Program-made: the position numbers and the translations under genes
The notes under the pieces: generated by a model
Seen by the model: only the letters and a program-made list of their open reading frames with translations
Told to the model about the DNA's origin: nothing
Database searches by the model: none
Shown: one piece after another, positions 36,392 to 47,778 of the stretch
How positions within the stretch are numbered: position 1 is the first letter of the stretch
How the letters are laid out: every line of letters begins with the position of its first letter
Assembly: GCF_000315625.1 (NCBI RefSeq)
Contig: NW_005434661.1
Location: 484,878 to 548,877, forward strand
Length of the DNA: 64,000 nt
Origin: Guillardia theta CCMP2712
Lineage: Eukaryota > Protista > Cryptophyta
Direction: 5' to 3'

Positions 36392-38703
36392 GCCCACTAA
36401 ACTCCCTGTGACGAGGATTCAGACAAAACATTAATCAGCACGAACCCGATTCTCTCATCTCATCTCCTCTCCTCTCCTCTCCTCTCCTCTCCTCGGTCTC
36501 GCCCCGCCCCCCCTCCCTCCCTCTGCCCTCCCTGCCCTCGCCATCTCACCGCCTTCATGCCCGTCGCACTTCCAACTACCAGTACGGTACCCTTCTTTGA
36601 CTACCCTCTCACCCTCTTCAACTTTGACACCCCTACTTTCTATTGAAATTACCCCTTCAAGTCTTGGTACCACACAGTATTGTGGTCTTAGTACCCCCCT
36701 AAAACCACCCCACCTTCCACAACCACCCCACCGCTAAGAAAACTCAAATTCCCGCCAATCCTCTATCCACACGCCTACCCACCCCTCGTTTCCCCCTTCA
36801 ATCACCCCTACCACCAAAGACCGGCCATTCAGACCACTGAAATGGCAGAGGTGACGGCCGGCGACCTTCTTGTCCGGGCCGCCCGGCAGGCCGTCCAGCG
36901 TAGTCCCCGGTCAGTGAGGGTCTGCGGGGTCATGTGGGAGGATCGGGGGCTTGAAACTGTAGAAGCATCCAAGAATAGCATCGTTTTGGAACAAAAAGTC
37001 TAAAATTGGAACCATTTTCTAATCTCTCTCCCGATTTCATCTTTTAAGATTTTACAGGCCTGTTAAAACAGATCTTTTAGCCCGAAATAGTTAAAACATT
37101 TTTAAATGACTTGGTAACGTGACAATGTCACGTTACTATTCTGTCACGGCGCTACAAGAATAAAAGCAATTTTTGAAGTATCAGAAAGAGTGATATAAAT
37201 GGAGTCATTTCAAAAACTTGGTATTTTATTTATAAAACAATTTGTTACAAAGGAATGGGTTCCATAAATAGCATCCATAATGATGCATGGTGCAAATTGA
37301 AAGTTTTAGTCAATCATTGAAAGATCTACGTTTGAGCAGAAAAAGTTGTAAATTGAGAAAAGAGCATTTTAGCTTGGGCGCCCCTCGTGCGTGGGGAAGG
37401 GCATCCTCGCTCAATAGAAAAAAGAAAAGCAAGCAAACCGTCCTCTATTCCACCACTCCGAAGAAAAACAAAACAATGCATCTTTCAAAAAAAGAATAGA
37501 GAGCATATTGTCCCTAGGAAGCGCAGAAATTGCAAAAAAAAGGTACGTACGATCTGGAGGTTATCTGACAAACTCAGGTACAATATAACATTCTTCTCCA
37601 GATCGCATCGCTTCATGGTCATGGGTACAGTAGATCGATACGGGCACTGCAGTGGGAAATGCTGGGGTACAGGTACGGAAGATGAAGGGTGGGTAGGCAG
37701 GACAGAAATCTGCGTTGCGATGAAATGAGAGTGCAAAGATTTGACATTTTCAGTCGTCAATGGAAGTTTGTCGATTCATGGTCGAAATGTTTGCGTTCAT
37801 ATTCAAATTTGAAGATCACATATCCATTTTCAACAGAGGAATGGATGTTTTCAAGGAAGCCTTTGCACATCGTAGTTGCTAAAAATGTTTTAAAACATCC
37901 TCGGTGATTAAAAACTCATTTTTGAATTCAATCTGATTTGCTCGATCAAAAAACACAAGTGCCCCACCTACCCCACAAAAAAGGCTCTCTCTTGGTCGTC
38001 TGTGGGGTTGTGGGTACTTTTCAAACACCCCTGGTTTTGTGTGCAAAGTATCCCGTGGTGGACACGGCAGTTAGCCCCCCTCTACATACACCCCTACTTG
38101 CAAAAGGTACAAGGTAGCAGATGAAGGGTGGGGTATGTTGCCAACTTAACATTGCATCCGCCATCTTGAATTTCCTTCTGTGTTTGGAGGTACTTTTCCT
38201 AGGACCTGCTATCTCTAGTTGTAGGCCCCCATGAGGTCCATGGACCCCTTGCATCCCATTGGAGCTCACCCTACTCACACCTACCCCACCCCATTCAAAT
38301 TCCACCCTCTGCCATGTTGAAATCTCATGAAACTTCACCGAATTAGTCCCAATTTCATGATGCGCCCGTGAATTCCAATTATCAAAATGCACAAACAACA
38401 CAGAATCTCGAATATTTTGGAACAAAATCTTCAAATATCATCCTCTGTGGAGCATGATACCCCCCATTATGAACAAAACACTACCCACCCACCTAGTTTT
38501 TGGTCCAAACATGTATAACCCCACCCATTAAAATTGAACATGAACCCATACCCGGGAATATACCCCGAGAGGGTAGGGGTGGGAAACTACATATACTCGC
38601 TCCGCAAGTTTGCTCGGCAGCTCTCTGCTCCTCACTCTCCCTCCCTGACTCGCGTCAACCCCACCACCCACACCAACTCCGTTCAACCCTCTCCCACGTG
38701 GAC

Positions 38704-39354
38704 ATGGCGGCACATGCTTCGAACACGGAAGTTGTGGTTTCCTCTTTCTCATTCAAGACTGGGGCACCGGAGGCGAACCTTGTGGTGGACGTGAGGTTCC
38801 TGCCGGATCCCAGGCCACTCGAGCAACAAGCGCCTTCCTTGACGGGAAAGGATTCTTTGGTGGAGGACTACATTCGCGAGAAGTGCTGTTTCGATAGCTT
38901 CTTCGCTGTCTTGAAAGAGAAAGTTTCCCCGATAGTCGGTGATCTTCTTGGACGGGGCCAGCAGCGAATCGAATTCGCGTTTGGTTGTACTGCCGGAAAG
39001 CATCGATCCGTGTTCGTTGCGGAGTGCCTTGCCGAGTGGCTGAGACAAGAGGTCGGGATCAACAACGTCCGTGTTCTTCATCGTGAGCTGTCTCCGCGAT
39101 CACATGATGAGATGATGAATGCGTTTTGCTCCCAACCGGATGTGGATATGGTGGAGGACGAGGCGTTCAATGCCTCAGGCCCAGTGTTGAGATGTACATA
39201 CTATCCCGATTCAAACTCAATGGATATTCAAGAGATGCCTTGCTGTCAGCCTGTGACCAATCACGCTGCAACTGAGCAGCTTCTGGGTTGTGGACTCTCT
39301 AAGATTGCTGCACTTCGAGCGAAACGCCGAAGGGAATGCGAGGCACTTTCTTGA
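38704..39354 (+). CDS. Stand-alone RapZ/YvcJ C-terminal domain protein (intronless)
   Basis: SFSFKTG, DVRFLPDP, LTGKD..V, AFGCTAGKHRSVFVAE.L and VLHREL are RapZ CTD motifs. No N-terminal P-loop domain is present. Confidence 0.85.
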   Translation: MAAHASNTEVVVSSFSFKTGAPEANLVVDVRFLPDPRPLEQQAPSLTGKDSLVEDYIREKCCFDSFFAVLKEKVSPIVGDLLGRGQQRIEFAFGCTAGKHRSVFVAECLAEWLRQEVGINNVRVLHRELSPRSHDEMMNAFCSQPDVDMVEDEAFNASGPVLRCTYYPDSNSMDIQEMPCCQPVTNHAATEQLLGCGLSKIAALRAKRRRECEALS

Positions 39355-39596
39355 AATCCAAATGTAAATCTTTGTATATATCTTATTTTTTTCATGCACT
39401 AAGACCCATGGTCTGGTCATGTACAAGTCAATAGTTGAATAAATCAAGTCCTGAGATATCAGTTCTTGATAATTCATTTGTTTGCAAGGGAATCTGAAAT
39501 GATATGTACGCACTGAGCAGATGGCATTGTGGAGGTAACGATGTTGTCACACAGAACCGGCGTGACTCATGTGACAATGCAGCGTCACAGTAAACT

Positions 39597-39756
39597 GTCT
39601 GTACTAGTTTGGGGGACAGCAGTCGGCAGGATTACTCCGGTTTGGTTCTCGCTGTCTTTTCTCTTCTCGCCGTTTGGCCTGTGCGACAGTGTCAGGGTCA
39701 AGCCTCCTCGACTCTCCTGATTGTCCTCGTACTGCTTTTTAACTTAACTTTGAGTA
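39597..39756 (-). mobile_element. Dispersed repeat copy B (least interrupted copy)
   Basis: Reverse complement TACTCAAAGTTAAGTTAAAAAGCAGTACGAGGACAATCAGGAGAGTCGAG...AGAAAAGACAGCGAGAACCAAAC...GCCGACTGCTGTCCCCCAAAC aligns with copies at 21746 and 53031. Confidence 0.75.
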
Positions 39757-40335
39757 CGAAGTAGTAGTGACCGTCTACTGACTCAGTGAGTCTGTACGGG
39801 CTCGGTTGGAACCGTCGGAACTGCCGTGTGCAAGCAACTGACTCAGGGCGGCGGCCGCGATTAGTACGGTAAGGTCCGATCCGGAAACACGCTCGGCTTC
39901 ATCAATCATGATGTCACAGTTGCAGTCACCCTGGGCCGAGCCCGGCCTCAGCGGGCGCTGAGCGCGGCCTGCCACTGGGCTGGCCGCGTGACTGCCGGAG
40001 CTGATCGGTCGGACCGAACCGTACGGTAGTAGTCGGCACTGAGTACCGTACCGTACGCCGGGTAGTACCCGGGGCCTGCCATCATCGAGCCTGACCGTAC
40101 TCAGTGAGTGCAGTGCTCAGTGCCGCTGAGTGGGCCCCGGCTCTCCGACGGAGTCCGGCAGCACTTAACTTTGAGCCTAGTAAAGAAACGGTACGGTAGT
40201 ATCGACGGTAACCGAGGCTGACCGTTCTTGCGTTCAGTGATCGGGCAGTTCGGACCAGGGCCCCGGCTCAGCGCCGCCCGGCCCGGGGCCGCCGGACCCC
40301 AAAACGGTTTCAAGACCGTTACAGAGTTTGAACAA

Positions 40336-41629
40336 ATGGCTTTGAGCAAACAAAGCCAGGTTGTGATCACAATAATTTTTGTTTGGAGGGAGCAGGACAA
40401 GGTCATGGCAGGGAGAGAAGAGCCTGCGAGGAGCAGACAAGCATTCACATGCGATTGTTGGCCCACCACACCTGCACTCGAGTGCTCCCAACCTTGATTG
40501 ATCGAGATAGGCAGGTACCAGAAGATATGAGTTTGCGCAAGGCTGGTATCGGATTGAGTCTTGGAGCCGATCGCTCGGGGGTCTTCATACGGAGAATTTT
40601 CTATGTAATTTGTGTAAGAAGCATTGATTGTTCCTGAAGATATGAGCAGGATAGTCCTGCCCATTTCAGCGGAAGGATTGCAGTAGGTGACTACTTGGAT
40701 GAGATCGATTCCTCTCCTGTTCAAGGTGGAAGAACGCGTCGGTAGCTCGTGCAAATCTTCTGCTGACGTTTTATGCAGATCTAGCAAGTGCACAAAGCTT
40801 GTTGTCGGGACCCGAGGACTCGCTCGTCTCCCTCAAAGTTCGCCATGGCACGATGAGGAAGTTGGATGTACAGGAGGTCCACCTCATAAGAAAGGTGCAG
40901 CTCAAGCCCTCGGAGGGCTCGGGAGATCTCTTCGGCATATCTGCTTCCCTGTGCGTGGTACGAGAGGGTGTTCGAGTGGACAAGGTCATGCCGGGAGGAG
41001 CAGCATGGATCAGCGGGCAGGTCGATGAAGACTTCGTCATCGTTGCCATCGACGGGAACAAGGTCACGGGCGGATACTTCCATTCGGACGAGATCGCAAC
41101 GATGATCAAGGGGCCTGAAGGGACTCGAGTCAGCATTGAAGGATTCAGCCCGGCAGGAGAGGAGCGCAGCGTCGGGCTGGTTCGCATGCCTCCAGTGAAC
41201 CCGAGGGTCATCGACAAGTATCGCAAGCAGCTCAACGAGAAGCTCGAGGCCTCGCTCTACGATCACCCGCAAGGATCTTCAGTTGAGGACCCGACGGGGT
41301 CGCCAGGCAACAAGGAAGGGACGAGGCCTGCATACGTGTCGAGCACGCCCAAGCCTGTGAAAGCCTCGAGCTTGTCCGAGTCAGAGCGACAGCGGGGAAC
41401 AGAGCTGAATTCGCTGTTCCTCTCCACCCAGGACTCTCCGAAGCAGGTGGGGGATCTGGCCAGGACCCTCGCAAACTTCGAGAAGTGGCTGAGCGAGGAA
41501 GAGAGAGAGTGCGCAAGTCGCTTCAGGAATCTGCAGGTGAAGGTGGAGACGATCGAGCAGCAACTGGAAAACTTGGGTACTTTACAAAGAATATCGCAGA
41601 GACAAATGACGCGAACTATCAACGCGTGA
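40336..41629 (+). CDS. Tandem PDZ-domain protein with C-terminal coiled coil
   Basis: PDZ1: AGIGLSL..GVFIRRI and GRIAVGDYLDEID..LLSGPEDSLVSL. PDZ2: FGISASL..VRVDKVMPGGAAWISGQV..IVAIDG..IKGPEGTRVSI. Confidence 0.8.
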
Positions 41630-41640
41630 TCTCCATCGCA

Positions 41641-43915
41641 TCATCTCAGAGGCTTGCTCTCGTGCGATTTAATTCTGCAGAGAGAGCAGCCGAAGCAATG
41701 CTCACCAGCTGCAGTCGAGCAGTTTTTGGCGTGTTTCTCGGAGCAGGTGCATGGCTTCACAAGCGATTGGGGCCTCTGGTTGGATCCTTCGGTCCAACCT
41801 TTGTGGCAGGACTCACAGAAGTGAGTGGAGCCAAAGCAGAAGAAGGTAGCTATGCTGCAGCAGAAGCGACACTTGTACTCCACGTACTGCACAGCTCATC
41901 AGGCGTCAAGAATCACGATGCAGCACTTTCACCTGGTCGCCATGTTGTTTGCAAGTTTTTCGTCCATTTCCAAGCTTGGAGGCGCTGCAGCTACCGCATA
42001 TGAGGTCCTCGCGCTTGAACTGGTTCTCTTCTCCTCCTTCCTGTGCAAGGCAGTCTGCTATGCCTGAAATGAGAAAGTCAAGAGGCGAGGTATCGTGAAT
42101 GATGGAGCCAAAGCACCCCCAAAGTATGGGCGCTGACAACGGTGGCAGAGGTAGAACTGATAGCGGCTGTTTGCAAGTTGCAAGTCTGTGGCCTGTCAAC
42201 AAAGTTCAGAGACGCCAAGAAGCGAAGAATCGGTCACCTGATCTCCTTTGCTCAGTCCCTCATACTTGAGCCTCTCCAGTGCTGCCTCTTCTACTCTAGT
42301 ACCCGAGAGGTATCAGCCCTTGAGCAGGAGTGGATGATCTCGGACCTGGTCTTGAGTTTGATGATCTTGTTCATGGTGGAATCGAAGGAAGGATGCTCGA
42401 CCATGGCGCTGCACAGAGCACACCTGCGCGCATTTCTTTCAGAGGGCAAGCGCGGAATCCAGTTGCACTCACTTGGCGAACGTGAAGGAGATCTTAGAAG
42501 AAGTCCACCTCAGCTCAAGTCTCTTTGAGATGCAGTGCCAGTGAAAGATGTGTCCACACCTGTTCTCGTGTTATTCACTCCCACCCTGTTCTGACAGTGG
42601 ACGTACCGCAACTGAACGCAGGGAGCAGCCCTGAGGTCTTCAATCCAACATAGATTACAGAACTCTGCTCCTTTGTCGTTGCACGTGAGGCAGGGTAGAC
42701 ATCTCTTTTCTCTCGCGATCCCATCACAACTGTACAGTCCATGTCAGGATCAACATCCTCTGGCATGAACGCGATTACTTGTGACCGCAAGTCAAACGTT
42801 TGCCACAGGCCTTGTTCTTCCGACGGATGCAGTCTTCTGATGTGCAGACAGCTTCTTGCGACGAGCCTCTCCAAGGCAAGACAGTATTGCAATACTTGCA
42901 CCGCACTTTTGCTAGCGACTCCTTATGTTCTTCACACGTCTTTCCGGTGTGATACGGCATGGTCTTGCAGTCCAGACAGAAGTTCTCTCGACAAGAGCTG
43001 CAACGATATCTGCACTTCTGCAGGTGAAGAGCGTGCTTCTCAGACAGCAATTGGCCATCAGGTGCGATTCTCTCCGGAGGTTTATGTGATTCCTCCATCC
43101 TCTCAAAGATCTGCTTGCAAGCTGGATTGACACACCTGAAGAGCGTCTGATCTTGCAGCAGACGGTCAAGGTACGCTCGCGTGAGGCTCTCCTTCTCATG
43201 ATCACATCCAGGTGAATCATCTTCCCCTTCGTTCCTTGGCGAAGTCCTTGTGTTGGCAACGACCTTGATGACATCCTCCTCCTGCAGGCCAGTCACTCAT
43301 GCAGTGAATCTCTTTCCAAGGCTACAGCCTCCCTCATGTTCTGACTCACCTCTCCATCTTCGATTTCGATGGGTGGCGACTCCACCAGACTCCTGCTCCA
43401 TCCTCGTCTTCTCTTGGTGCTCGTAACAACGTCTTCTTCTTGCGCAACAGACACGCTGGACGAGCTTGAAGTCGCCACATCGGCTTCCCATTCTGTCAGA
43501 TCGATGAAAGCCTCTGCCTGGTGGGCTCGAACGGGATTATGGTGGTAGGGCTCCTCTCTCGCGGCTGGCGCTTCTACAGTCAAGTCGACAACGTCATCAT
43601 TCTTCTGCCTCTGCCAACAGAACAACACGAAATGGACGTGTCAGCCGTGCATTGATGTGAAGGTCGAAAAACCAACCTTGTGGCCAAGAAGGAATCTCCC
43701 CAGCGCTTCCATGGCCCAGGAATCCTATATGATAAGCGCAGTCATCCAGGAAGCCATATCCTCTCGGTGCAATGCCGCCTGCCATGAGGATGAATTCCAC
43801 GCTTTGCAATCGAACCCATCATCAGGTTCTCAAATCATTCTACTCCTTGATAACTCTCGTCGTTCTCTCATCTTATCGGCTTGGCACATCTCTTGGTCGT
43901 GTTTGAATCCCCTCA
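41641..43915 (-). CDS. MYCBP2/PHR-type RING-Cys-relay (RCR) E3 ubiquitin ligase, compact form
   Basis: RING: [34 protein letters not shown]. Then [69 protein letters not shown] and GCSLCR. 5' end approximate. Confidence 0.88.
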
Positions 43916-43916
43916 T

Positions 43917-44243
43917 CATGCCTTACTACTCATCTCTCCTCCTCTTGTTCTCATGCCTTACTACTCATCTCTCCTCCTCTTGTTCTCATGCCTTACTACT
44001 CATCTCTCCTCCTCCATGCCTCGCTTCTCCTCTCTCCTTCTCCATGCCTCGCTTCTCCTCTCTCCTCCTCCATGCCTCGCTTCTCCTCTCTCCTCCTCCA
44101 TGCCTCGCTTCTCCTCTCTCCTCCTCCATGCCTCGCTTCTCCTCTCTCCTCCTCCATGCCTCGCTTCTCCTCTCTCCTCCTCCATGCCTCGCTTCTCCTC
44201 TCTCCTCCTCCATGCCTCGCTTCTCCTCTCTCCTCCTCCTCCA
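43917..44243. repeat. Compound minisatellite: 3 x 35 bp then 8 x 28 bp (CATGCCTCGCTTCTCCTCTCTCCTCCTC)
   Basis: CATGCC recurs at 43917/43952/43987, then every 28 nt from 44015 to 44211. Confidence 0.9.
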
Positions 44244-44771
44244 TCCATCATCCTGTTCTTCCGCTCGTCCCCTACGACATTCGTAGACCTAGGGCGGGTG
44301 GGGAAGTTCGAGGGTAGAGGTGGGTCACTGCAAGAAGCAGAGGGTTAGGGTAGTACAATCATCTTTGAAATAGAGGGGTATTTGAGAGCTTTCAGATAGG
44401 GTGGGGTGTGTATTGCATGGGGTACTTGTTCAAAAGGGGGTTAAACATGCTGAGAAACTGAAAGGGGTGGGGTTTGTTTCAGCTGTTTGCAACGTTTTGT
44501 AACGATTATAACCGTAAAAATAACTGCCGGCATCGCTAGTCTGCGAAGCGTCATGGTTTCACAGTGAGGAGCGAAGAGCAAGGAGAGGGAGAAGGACAGA
44601 GGGAAAAGAGCAGAGGGGAGGAGAGGGAAAAGAGCAGAGGGGAGGAGAGGAAGAGAGGTGGTTGAACCTAGTCAAGACTTCATCTCTTCACCACTGCATT
44701 CTTGTTGAGTGCATTTTGGAAGGCGAGATTGGACGTGGTTTTCGACTTTGGATCTTATCGATTACCTTGAG

Positions 44772-46188
44772 ATGATTCTCAAAGGACTCCTGCTTTTCCT
44801 CGTCGTAATAGGAGTGTGTGATGGCGCAACTTCGTACAAGGCAGAGAGAATTACGGCAGCCGGACCTGTTGAATACATCAGCTCGGAACCTTTTGTAACA
44901 GCAGTTGGATGCGTAGAGCAGCTGAAGGTCACGTTCTATCCCATCAACGGAGTTCTCCCTGCCACAATCAACCTGTATAGGCTGGGCACCGACTTTCAGA
45001 TCACTGCTTCCGCGGCTTTGATTGGCCCTGGCCGCGAACACGACATCATTTGCTGTTCGCATTATCCTTTGGACAGAAACGCAGTACTCAAACAACTCCC
45101 AGGGTATGCGAGCTCAACCTGTCAAGGTGGGGAATACAACCTGAACTACTTTGACTTCTTTCAGTGCTCGCTGTTGCAAGTGGAAACAGTAAATAATACA
45201 AAAGTAGCAACAATATATTTCGTCCCACCAGCAGGGAGTGACATAACATCGAATGGCTTTGGAAACATCACTTTCTCGGTTCAACCCATCACGGGCGAAG
45301 GGATAAAGACAGAAAGATTGATTGTAAATATCCAAATTCGTCAATGCAATGCTTGTATCAAAGCAGGCGAAGGACTCAATGCGTTCGCGAAAAGATTTTA
45401 CACGCACTGGCTGCAGGTGAGGGCTTCGAGGTCTTGTATGTTGAAGGATGTGACTGTAATCGCATTTTGCGTGCTCAGGTGTACAGCTCAAATCCAGAAA
45501 TCAACAGAAATCCGAATCAGATCGATGAAAACCAAGTGATCCGCCTTGGGCCGTTGTACTCGGTGAGGATAGGAGATACGCTGATGTCGATCGCAACCAA
45601 ATTTGGGGTCACCGTCAATCAGGTACTTTGCATGGTGAAGGTGGATTGCATGCCTGCTGATAGACAGTGTTGACTTGTTTACATTCTCACTGATTTTCTC
45701 TGAACAGATTCTGTTTTGGAATCAATTCTTACGAAGTCAAGCGGTGAGTTGTAATTGAAGCTTCTCATCTGCTGACTTTTGCGTTAGAGCTACGCTTCCG
45801 ATGGTTCCATACAGATTTCGCCGGGCTTGTCGCCAGGCCAGGTAATTAAGCAATAGCTACACAATCTACTCTCCATTTGAATGATTTCATTCTCTTCTCC
45901 TTCCATGGATATGTTGCGGCTCTAGTGGCTAACACTTGCGACACAGCTTATGTGTATACTACCAAAGACCTGCTACAACAGCTTTGGCAGTGCTCAGGTA
46001 TGATTGGTTCCAACAACCATGAATGTTGTAATACGTCGTTTGTCAGCCAATCTTCAGCCAGAGGGAAGTCACTCAAGGGTATGGCGGTTCTGCTGGTCTA
46101 CCTTATCAGGTGCTCCATGATGTTAGATAAGAGACGTTGAGGTTGACAAATGTATTTACAGATCTTAAATGGCACAAGTTCACCCTAG
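44772..46188 (+). CDS. Secreted LysM-domain protein
   Basis: Signal peptide MILKGLLLFLVVIGVCDG. LysM repeats IKAGEGLNAFAKRFYTHWLQVYSSNP..NPNQI and YSVRIGDTLMSIATKFGVTVNQILFWN. Confidence 0.85.
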
Positions 46189-46329
46189 ACAGTGTACGTG
46201 GATGTAGCCATAGTTAACGATAGAATTCCGTTGTAAATACAGACGTGATACACATTTGGTTGCTCGATACATGTCGTAGCTCCATGGATAAGTTAATCTG
46301 TACAAAAGCAAACGCACATCGTTTGAAGC

Positions 46330-47183
46330 TTAAGATTGCTGACTCTGCGATCCATGCTCGACTTCGTCTTCATCATCGCAATCTTCATCGTAATATTTGT
46401 CCTCTTTGCTATGGCTTGGTACACAATGATTGATACCTGAATGATATTCAGAGGTTTCGTACAAGCATGATAGAAAAGTACCAGTTATCTGTTCAATAGG
46501 TTCAACCACCTTCAAATTCCAGAACTCCGTTATCACTTCTTTTGCAGTTTGCCAGTCAGCATCAGCCTGCCTCTTTTCAATCTTTGAAGCTTTCATATCT
46601 CTTCTGTCCTTTTCCATCTTCCGGGTGTTGTGCAGCTCATCCAAAGTCTTCTTCTCTTGCTGTTGTAAGATGCCTACTTTGTTGAAGTTCATTCTGCCTC
46701 TAAGATCCTGCACTTTGATGTCAGCGCACGATACTCAAATACCCCAAGATCTCATGCAATGCCCTGCGGGCTCTGATTGAGTCCCTCTTGCTGCATTGTG
46801 GACACTTTCCTATCTTAGCATCCTTCTAACACTATCCCGCCCCCCTTGTTCCAATATCACTACGTGCTCCAATGTTCCTGACATGTGCTGTTCCTCCTAA
46901 ATCCCTGCACACTTCCTCATGCATTTTCTGTTTCCATTCGACGTCTCTCTGAAGGATCCAGTTCAATTCGCTAGTTACAGATCCTCAAGTACAGGAGGTC
47001 TGCGGTTTCTCGTAGCAGGTTTCATCGTCCATCCTACTGTTTCACAAGATCCGAGCTGTCTCGATTCCATCTACATAATCAGCATTGTCTTTCATTCTAT
47101 ATAGTGTTTCTCTTGCCGATAATTCACGACTTGCAGTCATATCGTCTCCATTTTCCTTCCCCTTCATCCTCCTCTGCATCCAT
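46330..47183 (-). CDS. Hypothetical charged protein
   Basis: Last exon ORF 46330-46713 (QDLRGRMNFNK...DEDCDDEDE) plus upstream exons. No family recognised. Confidence 0.45.
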
Positions 47184-47778
47184 GCTTCCTCCCATCGCCT
47201 CACCTGCTTCACGTTCGCCTGCCCCATGACGGCAAAGTTAAAATACACCACCCACCCCCACCTTCTATCATGATGACCCCACCCCTCATCCGCCTGCCAT
47301 CTCCCTGTACCCCCAACGGACATGAACACCCTACCGTTGACTACCCCTCTATTCGACCGCCTACAGCAATCCACCCCTCCACCTTCAGTCAAGTATGTCA
47401 ACTTACGTACCCCTCATTTACTCCTCCACCCTACCCTACCATGATCACGACCCCGTGACTTTAAGATGTGACAAGCGTCATGCTGTCGCTCCCGGCCGGG
47501 CCCGGAGCCCCGGCGACCGGACCGGACTCTACTAGAGCCGCCGGCCCTGAGGCTGGCCTGCTGGGTGCTAAGGCGGCGGGCGTAACGGAAGGAAACGACG
47601 GCTATATCGGGTGAATGGCGTGAGGGTATCGAACCGTCGGCAGAAGCATCAGGTCACAAACAAGCCGAAGAGAGAGAGAAACAGGTGAAACAGGGAGAAG
47701 AAGATAGAGAGAAGCAGGTAGAGTTGCTCAGATTGCTTGTGAAGTGACAACCAAACTGAGGGACAGAGTTATGAATCA

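Noticed and set aside
37250-38450. AT-rich block as a viral or transposase remnant
   Set aside because: Only short ORFs with no recognisable motif; cannot be supported without a database search.
47612-47640. GGTTCGATACC B-box on the minus strand suggesting a tRNA
   Set aside because: The T-stem does not pair and no cloverleaf or A-box can be built.
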